A DNA stretch of 64,000 nucleotides, from positions 16,005 to 80,004 of the IMG/VR virus record IMGVR_UViG_3300047564_006544; one strand, written 5' to 3'. This document shows positions 29,424-39,435 of the stretch, one piece after another (the stretch's first letter is position 1; every line of letters starts with the position of its first letter). The notes beneath the pieces were generated by a model. That model worked only from the letters and a program-made list of their open reading frames with translations, had not been told where the DNA came from and made no database searches. A program made the translations under genes and the position numbers. Source of the DNA: a virus.

Positions 29424-30569
29424 TTACTTCTTCTTCTGTTCGATCATTACCTTCTTGCCGAAGGTAATGTGATTGAAGTGATGCTCGTTAGCCTTAACAC
29501 CACACCACATTACGCGGCACTTTGGCTTTGGAACACCGATACCGAAGCCACCATCGGTCATTACGATTAGACCATCGTAATGCTTTTCGTCTGCCATTCG
29601 GAGAACGGGATCGACATTTGTGCCACCTCGACCGACTATGCCAAGCCTCTTTACCTTCTTCTCAAATGGCTTCGGGTCAGACTTGATCTCATGGTCAAAC
29701 TGAAGCAAGTCCACCTTGACATGGGAGATCATACCGTTCAATTCCTGAAGGAAGTATTCTAGCTCTTGATCGGATACAGAGCCAGAGGTATCAATCGCAA
29801 CAAGAATCTTGCTGGTGTAATCTCGCTTAGAGCCTGGGTCTTTGTAGCCGAAGCGACGGTTAGGACGCATACGGGTTGACTTTCGACCCATCATGATAAT
29901 CTGATTGATGAAGTAACGAACCTCACGCTTCCAATTTACCACAGGCTTGTTTGCAGCGATGATCTGCTGAGCAAGGTTACCGGAAATATCTCCCCAGCCC
30001 TTCTTCTCCTGCTCCTTAATAGCTTGCTCTGCGATATTACGGACCTTCTCCTTGATAATATCGTCGTCGCACTCACCCCACATTTCGTGGTCGTCTACAA
30101 GCTCTCCCTTGCCTTCAAGGGCACCTTCTCCCTTCTCTTCCTCTTCCTTCTTAAGCTTCTCGTAGTACCACTCAGAGGACTCGTTATCTGGAAGCTGGAA
30201 GTTCTTAGGATAGAGGGCACCTTCTGGCAGACCCTCGATATGACAGTTGATTGCCATATCTGCTGCGTAATTGTAGCCCTTCATGTTGTAGTTGAAGTAT
30301 TGATTACGAGAGATATGGTGAAGAAGAACGTGGAGAGCCTCATGCTTAAGGACTGCACGAAGCTGAGTGTAAGTCATCTTCTTCACAAAGTCTGGGTTGT
30401 AGTAAAGAGCGAGGTCAACACGACGAGTAGTGCCGACTGCCATTGTTGGCAAGTCCTTTCGCTCGATCTTGTTCAGATAGAGGAACACAGTACCGTAAAG
30501 AGGATAGAGAAGAACAAGAGTGGAGATTGCGGATTCAAGACTGTCACGCGCAGCACGATCATACGACAT
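29424..30569 (-). CDS. DUF2201-type metallopeptidase-VWA domain protein
   Basis: HEALH, NYAADMAIN, MIDAS DTSGS, GRGGT, TDG. Confidence 0.9.
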   Translation of the reverse strand: MSYDRAARDSLESAISTLVLLYPLYGTVFLYLNKIERKDLPTMAVGTTRRVDLALYYNPDFVKKMTYTQLRAVLKHEALHVLLHHISRNQYFNYNMKGYNYAADMAINCHIEGLPEGALYPKNFQLPDNESSEWYYEKLKKEEEEKGEGALEGKGELVDDHEMWGECDDDIIKEKVRNIAEQAIKEQEKKGWGDISGNLAQQIIAANKPVVNWKREVRYFINQIIMMGRKSTRMRPNRRFGYKDPGSKRDYTSKILVAIDTSGSVSDQELEYFLQELNGMISHVKVDLLQFDHEIKSDPKPFEKKVKRLGIVGRGGTNVDPVLRMADEKHYDGLIVMTDGGFGIGVPKPKCRVMWCGVKANEHHFNHITFGKKVMIEQKKK

Positions 30570-30606
30570 AATTTCTCCTTGGAAAGATTGGTGTTGTGTA
30601 AAAAAG

Positions 30607-30641
30607 AATAAGAGGGGGAGGGGACGCCTCCCCCTCTTATT
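30607..30641 (-). terminator. Intrinsic terminator
   Basis: AATAAGAGGGGGAG-7nt-CTCCCCCTCTTATT perfect stem, T tract on minus strand. Confidence 0.8.
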
Positions 30642-30652
30642 AAGGGTAGACC

Positions 30653-31717
30653 CTAGTTCTTAGAGTCGATACCGTATACCTTGCGGAGAACCTCGCAGAA
30701 ATCTGCATCGGACTGCCAAGGCATAACGATCTTCTTTGTCTTTGGATTGGAGAGGAGAGAAGTCCAGAGGTTAGAAGCAACATCCTTTGGAACCATGCCA
30801 AAGAACTTCTTAAGAGCCTCTGTCTGCTTCTCCTTCATCTTAGCGGCAGAGCGACCTGCAACCTCGTCAATGATGGAGTTAGCGAGTGCAGCGATTACCT
30901 CAATGTCTGAGCAAGCAGCCTCGATCTTTGGCTCCATTTCCTCAAACTTGTCAAGAACATCTGCTGCCTTAAGCTGAGAGAATTCGTTAGTCATGAACTT
31001 CTGGAACATAACTGCGACCTCTCGACCAACCCAGCCCTTAGCGATCTGAGTTACCATACCATCCGTATCATCGGTGAGATTCATAGCGATGATGGTATCG
31101 GAAAGAGCAGACCAAGAACGACGAGAAGGATAGACGCGACCAGACTCGATGTTACCGACTGGTGGATCAAGAAGGTTCTGATTGCGAGCAACAAACTCTA
31201 CAACGGCAGGATGAACCTTCGCGGAACGTGCCCAATCAATCCATTCCTTTGGAGTAGGATCGAAATCGATCATAAACCAACGGTCAAGAAGAGCGGGGTC
31301 CATCTCGACAACATCGTAGTCATCATCGGCGTTAACTGCCGCTACGACACGCCAACCATCGGGAAGCCTCTCACCGTCAAGGCGACGGTCAAGGCAGATC
31401 TCGAATACTGCCTGAAGAACGTCCTTGCTGGCGCGGTTAAGCTCGTCAAAGAAGAGAATACCCTTGCTCTGAGGATCGCGAGGCCACCAGTAAGGCTTGA
31501 GGAAGGTGGTGATACCCTTCTCGGTATCAAGGTGAGGCAGACCCTTAATATCACCAACCTCACACTGAGAAAGGCGAACATCGAAGAAGGCGACACCCTG
31601 ATCGGCGGCAGCCTGCTTGATTACAGAGGACTTGCCAACACCGTGCTTTGCGCGAAGCATGATGGACTTGTCGATTGGCATTTCACGAAGAACACGCTTG
31701 GTATGAGAAACGTTCAT
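30653..31717 (-). CDS. MoxR-like AAA+ ATPase
   Basis: HGVGKS, LFFDELNRA, VAAVN, MDPALLDR, PSRRSW; paired with VWA gene. Confidence 0.92.
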   Translation of the reverse strand: MNVSHTKRVLREMPIDKSIMLRAKHGVGKSSVIKQAAADQGVAFFDVRLSQCEVGDIKGLPHLDTEKGITTFLKPYWWPRDPQSKGILFFDELNRASKDVLQAVFEICLDRRLDGERLPDGWRVVAAVNADDDYDVVEMDPALLDRWFMIDFDPTPKEWIDWARSAKVHPAVVEFVARNQNLLDPPVGNIESGRVYPSRRSWSALSDTIIAMNLTDDTDGMVTQIAKGWVGREVAVMFQKFMTNEFSQLKAADVLDKFEEMEPKIEAACSDIEVIAALANSIIDEVAGRSAAKMKEKQTEALKKFFGMVPKDVASNLWTSLLSNPKTKKIVMPWQSDADFCEVLRKVYGIDSKN

Positions 31718-31828
31718 GATTTTTTTACTCCGGTAGTTGCGATTATTGAGTTAGAACGATTGTTGACTATTGACTGCTATGGGGCTTTCCCCGTTTCCGT
31801 ACCGTGGCAACCTCGCCACGGCAACCCT

Positions 31829-31860
31829 ATATCATAGATGGGTGCGATTTTTAGATTTTT
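31829..31860 (-). promoter_or_regulatory. Class B promoter/operator, copy 1
   Basis: AAAAATCTAAAAAtcGCACCcatCTATGaTAT; 27/32 identical to 40884-40915. Confidence 0.65.
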
Positions 31861-31876
31861 TGAATTTGCCCATCTA

Positions 31877-32188
31877 TCACTTTTCTGAACCGACGCTCTC
31901 TGCATTTTGTAGAGCCTCATTTAAGCTGCCCAACGAAGCGAGAGAGGCTCTTAGCTTAAGGAGATTATCCTTAAGTGACTGAACATCTGGCGACTCAGAA
32001 TCCCATTGTGCCTTGAATTCCTCATATTCTGCTCTTAGACCATCTGTTGTATTCTCCCCGGTTGTCTGTCTAACGCTAAGAGAAGAAACATCTGCTCTTA
32101 GTGCCTGAACTTCTGCCTCTACATTTGATAGCTTTCGGTAAATATCATCTAAAGCATTTCTAAGAAAAAGAAATTGTGAATTGTCCAT
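31877..32188 (-). CDS. Hypothetical coiled-coil protein
   Basis: ATG 32188 with AGGAGG SD. Confidence 0.7.
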   Translation of the reverse strand: MDNSQFLFLRNALDDIYRKLSNVEAEVQALRADVSSLSVRQTTGENTTDGLRAEYEEFKAQWDSESPDVQSLKDNLLKLRASLASLGSLNEALQNAESVGSEK

Positions 32189-32221
32189 CCGTCCTCCTTT
32201 GTGGGCCACCTTGCCGCCCGC

Positions 32222-32255
32222 CCCTATAGCTTAACCACCTAGCGGTGAGCGGCAA
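32222..32255 (-). promoter_or_regulatory. Sigma70-type promoter (class A)
   Basis: TTGCCG-16nt(ending GGTGgt)-TAAGCT-ATAGGG. Confidence 0.6.
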
Positions 32256-32348
32256 CCTATTTTTTAAATCCAATCTTTTATTTTTTAAATCGGCTTTCTT
32301 TTTGCCGTTGAGTCATTCGCCTTACCCATTCCGGCTGGCGACATTATG

Positions 32349-32376
32349 AATATAGGCACCGAACCGCAGAGGTCAA
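32349..32376 (-). promoter_or_regulatory. Sigma70-type promoter (class A)
   Basis: TTGACC-tctgcggttcGGTGcc-TATATT. Confidence 0.65.
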
Positions 32377-32394
32377 GTGCCATTCTAAAAAACT

Positions 32395-32685
32395 TTATTC
32401 TAACTTCTGAACGCCTAACCCAACGACATGAATCTGGTATCCTTTGTTGTCTAAAATCTCGACTTCCTCCTGGTCTTCCCTTCTGACTACAAGGGTCTTT
32501 TTCTGTATGGGCGTAGGCTTTGATACCTGCTGCTCTTGTGTAGTTGGATCGGCCTGTTTTGCTGCCAAGATAGACTTAAGCTCTTCAAGTTGAGAGTGAA
32601 TCTTTTCAAGCTCTCTTGAAAAGAGACCTATACCACTTTTAAGCTCTATTACTGATTTTATTGTTTCGTTTATTTTGTCGCTCAT
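32395..32685 (-). CDS. Hypothetical protein
   Basis: 96-aa ORF, start overlaps guaB stop. Confidence 0.65.
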   Translation of the reverse strand: MSDKINETIKSVIELKSGIGLFSRELEKIHSQLEELKSILAAKQADPTTQEQQVSKPTPIQKKTLVVRREDQEEVEILDNKGYQIHVVGLGVQKLE

Positions 32686-33761
32686 TATACCTTCCTTGTT
32701 CCAAAAGCATGAGACTCAAGGAGTCCAGCGTGGGTTATTCTTATAAACTTAGAGTTTCTTCTAAGCTCTTCAAGACTTGTTGCATTAGCATAAGTCATTC
32801 CAGATCTTAGACCTCCAGCAAATTCTTCTAGTATTGGAGTTACTGATCCTTTTGCTGGAATTCTAGTGGATACTCCTTCTGCACAGGTTAATGGCTTTAA
32901 GCCTCCTCGATGATCTCTCTGAACTTCTGCTGATGCCATGCCTCGATAGACCTTGTATGTTATGCCGGCATTTTCATCGTGGATGGAGGCTCCCGGTGTC
33001 TCGTCGGTAGCAGCAAAAAGACTTCCGCACATTACAGCGTCAGCACCAGCAGCAATTGACTTAACAACATCCGATGGATAGCGAATACCACCATCTGCTA
33101 TAATTGCTATTTTTCTGTGGTTATAAACTGCATTTCTCATATATAGGCACTGCATTATAGAATGAAGAAGTGGTACACCAAATCCTGTCTGAATTCTGGT
33201 AGAGCAGATACTTCCTGATCCTATGCCGACTCTTACTGCATTTACCATTCCTGTGGTTGCAAGAAAATGAAAGCCCTCTCCTGTTGCAACATTTCCTGCG
33301 ATTATATTCACATCTGGTGCAATATCCTTTATTTTTCCAAGCCCATCTGCCATATAAGATGAATGACCATTTGCAACATCAACAAGAACTGCATCAAGCG
33401 GAACAGATGCCCAAAGCTCTTTAAATCTTGCTACCTCATCTTTTCCAAGTCCAACTGCAGCAACCTTTGGAATCTCTCTTTTGTTCGCATCTTCTGCTCT
33501 TACAATAGAGCGAATATTATCGATTTGCTCTGAAGTTGACATAAACCGATGAATAACTCCCATTCCGCCTGCAAGGCCAATTGCTATTGCCATAGCAGAT
33601 TCAGTCACAGTATCCATTGGAGAAGAAATCATTGGTAGTGACATCTTTACTCCAGCAATCTCGGTATCAAGATTTGGAATAGATCTCGATCTTACTTCTG
33701 TAAATGTTGGTACCAAAAGTACATCATCAAATGCTAGAGCTTCAGTAATATTCATAGTCAT
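32685..33761 (-). CDS. guaB: IMP dehydrogenase / GMP reductase family (no CBS domains)
   Basis: FDDVLLVP, SSPMDTVT, GIGSGSICSTR (catalytic Cys), IADGG, YRGMAS, AEGV. Confidence 0.9.
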   Translation of the reverse strand: MTMNITEALAFDDVLLVPTFTEVRSRSIPNLDTEIAGVKMSLPMISSPMDTVTESAMAIAIGLAGGMGVIHRFMSTSEQIDNIRSIVRAEDANKREIPKVAAVGLGKDEVARFKELWASVPLDAVLVDVANGHSSYMADGLGKIKDIAPDVNIIAGNVATGEGFHFLATTGMVNAVRVGIGSGSICSTRIQTGFGVPLLHSIMQCLYMRNAVYNHRKIAIIADGGIRYPSDVVKSIAAGADAVMCGSLFAATDETPGASIHDENAGITYKVYRGMASAEVQRDHRGGLKPLTCAEGVSTRIPAKGSVTPILEEFAGGLRSGMTYANATSLEELRRNSKFIRITHAGLLESHAFGTRKV

Positions 33762-34296
33762 TAAACTCCTTTAGGGAAAATTGTATTTCTTGAGCAAATT
33801 CTTCAGATGTCATATTGGTATATTCTTCAAGACAATAATAAGAATACCAATGATGGGCAACCTCATGGGTTATTATCTGAAAGTTTATAAATGGAGAATT
33901 TTTTGTTAAAACAATTGAATCAACTCCACTATCCGAAGGCCTAGGATCAAAATAACCTAACATATCTTCTTGTAGTGGAAGTTCCGCTGGAACAAGATTA
34001 TCTCTGCTTATTTGGTTAAAGCCAACCTCAAAAAATTCTATTTTTTGATTTATTCTACACGGTGTTATATTTGAATTTATTTCTTTTATTTTTTTCAAGC
34101 TAGCAATAGAGGATACTAATATTCCTCTTTTTGTTAGGGAAACAGAATATCCTGTTTTTTCTTGTCTACGAAAAGAATATTGTACCGTATTTTTTTCGCC
34201 AATCTTAACTACATCATTTTGAATCCAGTCCTGAAATTTAATCTCATCAACTGGATAATAAGCCAGTGCAGATGATATAAGAAAAGTATATAGCAT
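33742..34296 (-). CDS. Secreted zincin-like metallopeptidase, paralog 1
   Basis: Signal peptide ..SSALA, GYFDPR, THEVAHHWYS, EEFA. Confidence 0.7.
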   Translation of the reverse strand: MLYTFLISSALAYYPVDEIKFQDWIQNDVVKIGEKNTVQYSFRRQEKTGYSVSLTKRGILVSSIASLKKIKEINSNITPCRINQKIEFFEVGFNQISRDNLVPAELPLQEDMLGYFDPRPSDSGVDSIVLTKNSPFINFQIITHEVAHHWYSYYCLEEYTNMTSEEFAQEIQFSLKEFNDYEYY

Positions 34297-34844
34297 TATT
34301 TCCACCTTACCTTTTCTTGTATTGCAATTGCAAACTCTTCTGTACTGACTTTTGTAAACCTATCAAGACAGAATTCAGAATACCAATGGTGGGCTATTTC
34401 ATGCACCATAACTCTGTAATTTGATTTATCATTATGTGATGTAATTACTATTGCATTATATCCTGGCTCATTTGCCCTTGGATCAAAGTATCCCCAAAGT
34501 GAGTCACGGCCAGTTTTACCACCACCTATATATTGAGAAGGAAATCTAGATGGATCATTTAACTGATTTTCTGAAATTTCATATATCTCAATAAAATCAT
34601 CTTTTCCACACTTTTTATCAATTGCTCCTAATGACCGGATTTCTTTAAATGAAGCTAATGTAGAAGAATAAATTGCATCATAAATAAGATTATCATAATA
34701 GCCAGAGTTAGCCTGTCTATATATTTTATACTTAAGATCTATGTTGTGATAAAAGTTATATTCTTCCACCTCTGATTCATTTGGGAAGCTAATTCCTTCA
34801 ACCGGTTCATAAGCTAGAGCAAATCCGGCCATTAGAAGAAACAT
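34296..34844 (-). CDS. Secreted zincin-like metallopeptidase, paralog 2
   Basis: Signal peptide ..GFALA, GYFDPR, VHEIAHHWYS, EEFA. Confidence 0.7.
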   Translation of the reverse strand: MFLLMAGFALAYEPVEGISFPNESEVEEYNFYHNIDLKYKIYRQANSGYYDNLIYDAIYSSTLASFKEIRSLGAIDKKCGKDDFIEIYEISENQLNDPSRFPSQYIGGGKTGRDSLWGYFDPRANEPGYNAIVITSHNDKSNYRVMVHEIAHHWYSEFCLDRFTKVSTEEFAIAIQEKVRWK

Positions 34845-34847
34845 TTT

Positions 34848-35027
34848 TTACTCCTGGTCTTCTCTCTGTGCTCTAGAATCTCTTGTCTGTGGCTCGTGTG
34901 ATTCGGATCGAATCTCTACAACTAGATTGCTATTGCACTGTATCCATCCAATCTCCTCTTTTGTAAGGCCATCGTGATACCATACTGTCTTTGTTTCTTT
35001 GTTAGTTACTCGGATGTTGTATCTCAT
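34848..35027 (-). CDS. Small hypothetical protein (59 aa, not in ORF track)
   Basis: MRYNIRVTNKETKTVWYHDG...; AGGAG SD, fills the operon gap. Confidence 0.65.
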   Translation of the reverse strand: MRYNIRVTNKETKTVWYHDGLTKEEIGWIQCNSNLVVEIRSESHEPQTRDSRAQREDQE

Positions 35028-35752
35028 TTTTCTCCTAAATTACTCATTCTTTTCTGAAGGATTGAATTAACGAAGCTTTCTTTTAGATGCCTGCTTCCTA
35101 GCATCATTGGAATCTTTGATTTATTTACTTTTTTCAATACTGAGTAAAAAACCCATTTAGATCTATCATTAACCATATTTTCTAATGCTGGGTGATTATG
35201 TGGCAAAACTTGACATATTGCCGCCCTAATCTTTGCTGACTTATCCTTCGACATTTCCTCGGCGCAGGATAGCATCCCCCTTCTATGGTACGCTTCCATG
35301 CGGACCTTATCAGAGGGATCTTTTAAAAATCTTTCTACCTCATCTGAGGAGCAAATCTTTATGTATTCTACCTTTGCCGCAGCATCATAATCTTTAAAAA
35401 TAGAGGGGTCTATTTTATCGACGTATAAACCATTTGATATTACTGTTTGTTTATATGGAAAAAGATTGCTTTTCTTATCAGAAGATAAAATCTCAACTGC
35501 CAACTCTGGATGTAAAGATGCTGCATGAAGCACTACTGCCCTAAAAGCATAAATAGATCCTGTTTTTGCAGAAATAAATCTATAAAAAGATTTTTCATTA
35601 AAAAGAGTTAGGCTTTCTTCTTTTGATATCTCAAAAGAGTTCCATATAGACCAACCAACCCCAATTGGATACTTAGAGCCTTTTGGGGTTAGATTTGTTA
35701 TATACTTTGATATTTTTTCTTTTAGTTTTTTTACACTATCTTCATTGCTCAT
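35024..35752 (-). CDS. HEAT-like helical repeat protein
   Basis: LKDPSDKVRMEA, MSKDKSAKIRAA, MVNDRSKWV repeats. Confidence 0.6.
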   Translation of the reverse strand: MSNEDSVKKLKEKISKYITNLTPKGSKYPIGVGWSIWNSFEISKEESLTLFNEKSFYRFISAKTGSIYAFRAVVLHAASLHPELAVEILSSDKKSNLFPYKQTVISNGLYVDKIDPSIFKDYDAAAKVEYIKICSSDEVERFLKDPSDKVRMEAYHRRGMLSCAEEMSKDKSAKIRAAICQVLPHNHPALENMVNDRSKWVFYSVLKKVNKSKIPMMLGSRHLKESFVNSILQKRMSNLGEK

Positions 35753-36575
35753 TTAGTTCCTTAAGATCTTTAACCTTGAAACCTGAAGCAGCCCTATGGC
35801 CCCCTCCTCCAAATTTTACCGCAATTGCAGAAACGTCAAAATCTTTTTCTTTTCCACATCTGATAGAGAAAACATAGCCGTCTCCATCAAAATAATAGGC
35901 CAACCCATATTTGGTGCCTACTTCATCTGCAACTCTATGTGCCAGCTCCGATTGATATAGTGGAGAGTTTACCGCTGGAATTTCCTCTCCAAGAACCATT
36001 AGAGTATGTCTTTTGGCATAGATTTCTTTTATTTTCTTTTCTCTTTGGCGAAGAAGTGCTGATCCTTCCTCTAGAAACTCTGAAAACTTTTTATCGTCCA
36101 TTAGCCTAGAGTTTAACTCTTCCCATAGCCTAAAAGAATAATCATAGCTATCTATTACTGCAAGTATTTCTTTTGCAAATGGCATCTGCCATTTCCAAAG
36201 ATCTTGATCTTCTATATACTTTAAAAGTATTGGTGGTTCTTTATTTAGTCCGTTACAATAATACCAAGAAAGTATTGAGCCACAATGAGACATATCAAAG
36301 TGACAAAAGTCAAGATCTTTTAGTGCCTCTTCTGCTGTTTTGTGATGATCTATTACTGTTATAGATTTGTTTTTTTCTTTTAGATTTAGCAGAGTTTCTT
36401 TTGAATATGAAAAATCTGCAATCCAAATATCCTTATCTTCTAGGCCTTCTGGTGGTGGAGAGCCGTGGGAAACCGGAATGTAAGTCATTTCCTCTCCCCA
36501 CTTCTTCTCAAAGCACCAACGAGAGCCATAACCATCTGGGCAGTTTTTATGATATAATAAAACTTTGTCTTTCAT
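35742..36575 (-). CDS. DHH/DHHA1 phosphoesterase (NrnB-like)
   Basis: YH.NCPDG, ADFS, IDHH, DQDLW, FGGGGH.AASG. Confidence 0.9.
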   Translation of the reverse strand: MKDKVLLYHKNCPDGYGSRWCFEKKWGEEMTYIPVSHGSPPPEGLEDKDIWIADFSYSKETLLNLKEKNKSITVIDHHKTAEEALKDLDFCHFDMSHCGSILSWYYCNGLNKEPPILLKYIEDQDLWKWQMPFAKEILAVIDSYDYSFRLWEELNSRLMDDKKFSEFLEEGSALLRQREKKIKEIYAKRHTLMVLGEEIPAVNSPLYQSELAHRVADEVGTKYGLAYYFDGDGYVFSIRCGKEKDFDVSAIAVKFGGGGHRAASGFKVKDLKELNEQ

Positions 36576-36582
36576 GTCAAAC

Positions 36583-37656
36583 CTAAATTGTTAATCCCTC
36601 TACAACATCTGTAGACGAAGAGTAATAGATTCTTTCCAACTCTGGGCACTCTACAGACAGCCTTGCTAGTATAAATTTTTTCATTAAATCAATTGATTCA
36701 AAAGTTAATAAATCGTTTTTGTAAAATAATTTATAAATATTTACTGCTTCTAAGATATCACATTTTGATATAATCAGATGATTTCCGCCAGCAGTATTTA
36801 GTGCAAAAATTAATCTATCAAGATTTAGATAGTTTACCTTACGACGGCGACCTGTTGTTGTTCCGTATTCTTGACCAGCATCTGCAATACTTAAAAGCTC
36901 TGGGTTATCAAAAAGTGTTTCTGGAAAATCTGGATCTTCTCCAGATCTTGTATCATAAATTTTTGCTACTGCAAAAATGTTTTTAATTTTCTTTGGTGAA
37001 AATCCAATTGAGCAAGCAGCATAAGGAAGTGTTTCGCTACTTGTTACATATGGATAATTTCCCCAATTTATATCAAGAAAGAATCCCTGAGCACCTTCGC
37101 AAAGTATGTTTCCATAAAGCCTTCCATCAAATAGGTGCTTTTTCCAGAAGGAATCTAACGCCGCAACATCTTTAAATTGAATTCCTGTTCTGGCATATTT
37201 ATCAGAATATGCTGGAGCTATTCCCTTTGATGTTGTTCCGAGTTTTTTTGCAAGATTTTTTCTATCTTCATCTATATGCTCTGCTGTTACGATGTGTGTA
37301 GATGGAGAAATCTTTATAAGGTTTGGATCAAATCCAGATTCTCTTAGATAAGAGAATTCTTCTTTTAATAGCTCTAGATTTACAACGCAACCTGGGCCAA
37401 TTAGTGAGGTAACTCCGTGAAATACTCCTGATGGAACCATATGTGTTTTGTATTTCTTACCACCTACAAACACTGTATGACCAGCATTTTGTCCGCCACC
37501 CCAACGTGCAACAAAATTATAGTGCTTATCATCTGCTCCAAAAATCTTTGCTGCTTTTGATTTAAAAGATGATAAGTAGCTTGATACTTTTCCTTTGCCA
37601 CCATCACCATAGTCTGCGCCGTACACAACATCAACAGAAATAATTTCGCGGCTCAT
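36583..37656 (-). CDS. purA: Adenylosuccinate synthetase (short form)
   Basis: YGDGGKGK, GGQNAGHT, GTTSKGIAPAY, EGAQG, YPYVTSS, EYGTTTGR.R, SKCD. Confidence 0.92.
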   Translation of the reverse strand: MSREIISVDVVYGADYGDGGKGKVSSYLSSFKSKAAKIFGADDKHYNFVARWGGGQNAGHTVFVGGKKYKTHMVPSGVFHGVTSLIGPGCVVNLELLKEEFSYLRESGFDPNLIKISPSTHIVTAEHIDEDRKNLAKKLGTTSKGIAPAYSDKYARTGIQFKDVAALDSFWKKHLFDGRLYGNILCEGAQGFFLDINWGNYPYVTSSETLPYAACSIGFSPKKIKNIFAVAKIYDTRSGEDPDFPETLFDNPELLSIADAGQEYGTTTGRRRKVNYLNLDRLIFALNTAGGNHLIISKCDILEAVNIYKLFYKNDLLTFESIDLMKKFILARLSVECPELERIYYSSSTDVVEGLTI

Positions 37657-37684
37657 TTGCCCTCCGCAACAATTATACCGATTG

Positions 37685-37963
37685 CTACTCCGCTGCCTTG
37701 CGACGTGCTTTCTTTTTCTTTCTCATTTTTAAGAGGTACTGAAAATACTTTGCGGCAACAGGATCTTCTTCATATCCGGCATCTTCTGGAACCTCATGTC
37801 TTTTTTTTACTATAGGAACGGCATTCTCATTGTGATCGTCAGAAAATTCTTTTCCAAAAAATCTATTTGAGACAGCAGAATTTGCTGCATCCATACCGGT
37901 TCTATTTTCGTATGGTGCTCCCGGTATTGCCATATCATTTAATCCCAAAGCTTTCTTTTTCAT
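37685..37963 (-). CDS. Small hypothetical protein with basic termini
   Basis: 92 aa; starts MKKKA, K/R-rich tail. Confidence 0.65.
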   Translation of the reverse strand: MKKKALGLNDMAIPGAPYENRTGMDAANSAVSNRFFGKEFSDDHNENAVPIVKKRHEVPEDAGYEEDPVAAKYFQYLLKMRKKKKARRKAAE

Positions 37964-38640
37964 TTTGAGAAAAGTTTTTCTAAGTCCCTTTTCAAAACAT
38001 CTAAGTCTTTGCTTGCCATTTTCTTTGGAAGTTCGTTTGCCTTCTCTTCTTTTGGAAGAAGTGATGCAATACGATAAACATCCTTTACAAAGGATACTTC
38101 GCCAAGATCATCAAGTTTTGATGCTAGTTTTTTTAACTCTAAATTAGGATCTACCTTTGAATTCACTTTAAAACTTTGCATTGCTCTATCTGCCTCCGCT
38201 TCTGCAAACTCTTCTGATTGTAATTTGCCTGTATCTTTAAATCCTTTCTTATGACCTTTTTCATGAGAAAAAATATGTAACATTGATGATAATAAAATAA
38301 TAATAGTATTTATTTTTGGATTATTTTCTAAATTTGAAAGATCCAAAGAAGAAAGTTCACTTGGATCTATTTTTTGCTTTCTCATTTCATCTTGAATTGC
38401 TTTTTCTATTGCAGGCAAAACAAGATGTATATCGTCTCTTTTGTCTGGATTTGGATCATTTGTAACATATGCTAGAGCATTTGGATTATCACTTGGTGGA
38501 GAATTTTCTATTATGATTTTATCTACGGCGGGAAGATCAAACTGTGGGTCAAATTTAATCTTTCCGCCACCACCAGATTTTAGCAGCTCTAGAATTCTGT
38601 TTATTTTTGACTGATCTAAAAATCCAGCTCTTTTTATCAT
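37960..38640 (-). CDS. HExxH-containing protein with K-x-A motifs
   Basis: SHEKGH...EEFAE; MIKRAG, LKKLASKLDDLG, KKMAS. Confidence 0.65.
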   Translation of the reverse strand: MIKRAGFLDQSKINRILELLKSGGGGKIKFDPQFDLPAVDKIIIENSPPSDNPNALAYVTNDPNPDKRDDIHLVLPAIEKAIQDEMRKQKIDPSELSSLDLSNLENNPKINTIIILLSSMLHIFSHEKGHKKGFKDTGKLQSEEFAEAEADRAMQSFKVNSKVDPNLELKKLASKLDDLGEVSFVKDVYRIASLLPKEEKANELPKKMASKDLDVLKRDLEKLFSK

Positions 38641-39425
38641 TTTAAGTAATCTCCTCTCTGCTTTCTTTCGCCTTTACCAAGTCTTGATGGCGTCCAATCT
38701 TTCTTTACTGTTCCCTCTCTATATTTCTTTAGTTTTTCTGATAGCCATTGTCCTTGAACAGAAATGATATCACAGTATTGCTCGTCTAATATTGTTACGA
38801 AAAACTGATTTGATCCAAAGCTACGAATCTCCATTATATTTTCTGATTTCTTTGGATTTTTCCATATATGCCTTATATTATTAGAGTTTTTTGCATAAAG
38901 ATCGGCAATATATTTACTAAGCTCAAGTATACCGGCATTTTCAAAAGTTTTTATTATATTTGGTGGAAAGGCCATTGTTTTATAGTCTTGTTTAAAAATT
39001 TTTCTAACTGTAGTATTTACTCTTATTTCTTTTCCGCGAGCAGGATCTGTTATTCCTGTTGAAACTCTTGAGCCAAACTCTGGAGGAGGAGGACCCTCTT
39101 TAATTGATTCTTTTACTGCAATAAGTCTATTTATCGAATCAGCTGCTATACAAATATAATATATTCCAAAAGATTTTGATTTGTATATTATTCCAAGCTC
39201 TCTTTTTTTATTAGAAACTGAACTTGATCCTGGAATAAATGTTTTTACATTTTCAGAATTAGCAACATCACTTCCTATAATATTGTTTAATTCAGCGTTA
39301 TTTACATTTCCAAAGTCTTTTGCAAATTTTTCTCTAAAAAACATTCTTGGCCCGGTAGAAATGTGTATTTTTCTTCCTGACTCATCTGAAAAATCTGTAG
39401 GATCTATTGAAGCTAGCTTTTGCAT
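38637..39425 (-). CDS. Hypothetical protein
   Basis: 262 aa; starts MQKLAS. Confidence 0.7.
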   Translation of the reverse strand: MQKLASIDPTDFSDESGRKIHISTGPRMFFREKFAKDFGNVNNAELNNIIGSDVANSENVKTFIPGSSSVSNKKRELGIIYKSKSFGIYYICIAADSINRLIAVKESIKEGPPPPEFGSRVSTGITDPARGKEIRVNTTVRKIFKQDYKTMAFPPNIIKTFENAGILELSKYIADLYAKNSNNIRHIWKNPKKSENIMEIRSFGSNQFFVTILDEQYCDIISVQGQWLSEKLKKYREGTVKKDWTPSRLGKGERKQRGDYLK

Positions 39426-39435
39426 GGGTAATAAA

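Noticed and set aside
31760-31830. Riboswitch, tRNA or ncRNA in GC-rich leaders (also 48280-48335, 32290-32345)
   Set aside because: Hairpins are present but there is no cloverleaf or recognisable family; treated as leader stem-loops
30024-31837. Long plus-strand ORFs opposite the AAA/VWA genes (also 58786-59382, 41560-41871 and similar)
   Set aside because: Antisense shadows of biased codon usage; no SD or motifs
36583-37656. PurZ (2-aminoadenine genome)
   Set aside because: The catalytic Asp of PurA is retained (YGDGGKG) and the GTP-type K-x-D is present (SKCD); PurZ typically has Ser or another residue at the Asp position
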